This document shows, piece by piece, positions 62,988 to 64,000 of a stretch of 64,000 bases of DNA (position 1 is the stretch's first letter; every line of letters begins with the position of its first letter). The stretch lies in the NCBI GenBank assembly GCA_977020255.1, contig CDROCS010000095.1, positions 1 to 64,000 on the forward strand, in the 5' to 3' direction. This DNA is from Obrimoposthia wandeli. Its lineage: Eukaryota. The translations under genes were made by a program, and so were the position numbers. The notes below the pieces were generated by a model. The model had not been told where the DNA came from. It saw nothing but the letters and a program-made list of their open reading frames with translations, and did no database searches.

Positions 62988-62999
62988 AGTTAGGACGTT

Positions 63000-63584
63000 C
63001 TAAACGTCTTTTTTAGATTTGGTATGACGGCTTTTCCATAAGACTTCTTGGCCGCCATTCTTTCTGGAAATATCTCTGGCTAAAACAAAGAAAAAGTCCG
63101 ATAAGCGGTTTAGGTATTGAACCGCTAATGGATTAATTTCATTACCCGCTTTGGCTTCTTCGTTGGCAAAAGCAACGATCGAACGTTCAGCTCGACGACA
63201 AACCGTTCTCACCATGTGGCAATAAGATGCGGCCTTGCTGCCACCCGGTAAGATGAAATCTTTTAACGGTGGCAAAGCCTCATTGATATCAACTAATGTA
63301 TTTTCTAAATCCTCAAGCATACTTGGTGCTATAGCTTTATAGCCCGGCACACAAATCTCACCGCCTAGATCAAACAAATCATGTTGAATTTGGCTTAGAA
63401 TAACTTGATGATGGTCGTCTGAATCAAGTTCCGCCGCTAAAACACCGACCCAGGAATTCACTTCATCAACTTCGCCAATGACATGAATTCGAGCAGAGGT
63501 TTTACTAATCCGACTACCATCACCTAAGCCGGTTTCGCCTTTATCACCTGTTTTAGTGGAAATCTTTGATAGTCGGTTGCCCAT
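63000..63584 (-). CDS. PduO-type ATP:cob(I)alamin adenosyltransferase
   Basis: TKTGDKGET, GEVDEVNS, QHDLFDLG, FILPGG, RTVCRRAER, YLNRLSD. Confidence 0.95.
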   Translation of the reverse strand: MGNRLSKISTKTGDKGETGLGDGSRISKTSARIHVIGEVDEVNSWVGVLAAELDSDDHHQVILSQIQHDLFDLGGEICVPGYKAIAPSMLEDLENTLVDINEALPPLKDFILPGGSKAASYCHMVRTVCRRAERSIVAFANEEAKAGNEINPLAVQYLNRLSDFFFVLARDISRKNGGQEVLWKSRHTKSKKDV

Positions 63585-63593
63585 GATATTTTC

Positions 63594-64000
63594 CTAGAAG
63601 TTAAAAGTTCCATTAACAAGATAAGTTCTTTCTTGAGCTGGATAGCCTTTAGCGGCTTGATATTGTTTATTTGCTAAATTATTAATACGGATACCGATAC
63701 TTAAATTTTCAGTTGCTGTGTAATCACCGTAAGCATCAATAATAGTATAGGCTGCTAATAAATCATTATTTGCAGCATCATCATAGCTTTCGGATTTATC
63801 TCATGCCAGTACTATATTGATTCTTTTAAATAGGTTAAATTACCAATTGGCAACTAGCAGATTGGCTTTCGAAGCCATTTTTTCAAATCTGCGCATGACG
63901 ACTCCACTCATAAGAAGCTTGGCTTGATAATCCATTTAACCAATTGTAATCCCAAGAAACTACGGTATTACGTAATAAAACTTGGTCTACGTTAACGGGC
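63594..64000 (-). pseudogene. 3' end of a TonB-dependent receptor (BtuB-like); frame broken upstream of 63800; continues beyond the window
   Basis: Manual translation of 63800-63594 gives ..YTIIDAYGDY..GIRINNLANKQYQAAKGYPAQERTYLVNGTFNF*, a typical TBDR C-terminus ending in Phe; in-frame TGA at 63801-63803. Confidence 0.75.

Overview
A 64-kb chromosomal window from a marine-type gammaproteobacterium; gene order and protein style suggest Oceanospirillales (inference, not a database hit). Most of it is housekeeping: the complete dcw cluster (mraZ to lpxC) with an M23 peptidase, secA, argJ, mutT and yacG; type IV pilus genes pilA-pilB-pilC-pilD-coaE; nadC, ampD/ampE; a corrinoid salvage/nucleotide-loop cluster (cobU, cobT, cobC-like, cobS, cobQ, cbiB, cobD, btuF, PduO-type adenosyltransferase, 3' end of a BtuB-like receptor); aceE-aceF; and a chemoreceptor. 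Two accessory zones stand out. (1) Bases ~600-6500: two direct-orientation copies of a CDF metal exporter, mosaic in identity, bracket an integron-like unit. That unit has a candidate attI site and three gene cassettes whose core and inverse-core sites match exactly, but no integrase is visible. (2) Bases ~38500-42600: a translationally coupled pair, an O-antigen-ligase/TfpO-like transferase plus a 5-TM alkaline-phosphatase-superfamily enzyme with a Thr nucleophile, sits directly upstream of a cysteine-free pilin ending in Ser. This is a candidate two-step pilin modification system. Several short patches with dense small indels (near 1-20, 5040-5100, 5997-6037, 63790-64000) may be sequencing or assembly errors, so pseudogene calls there are provisional.
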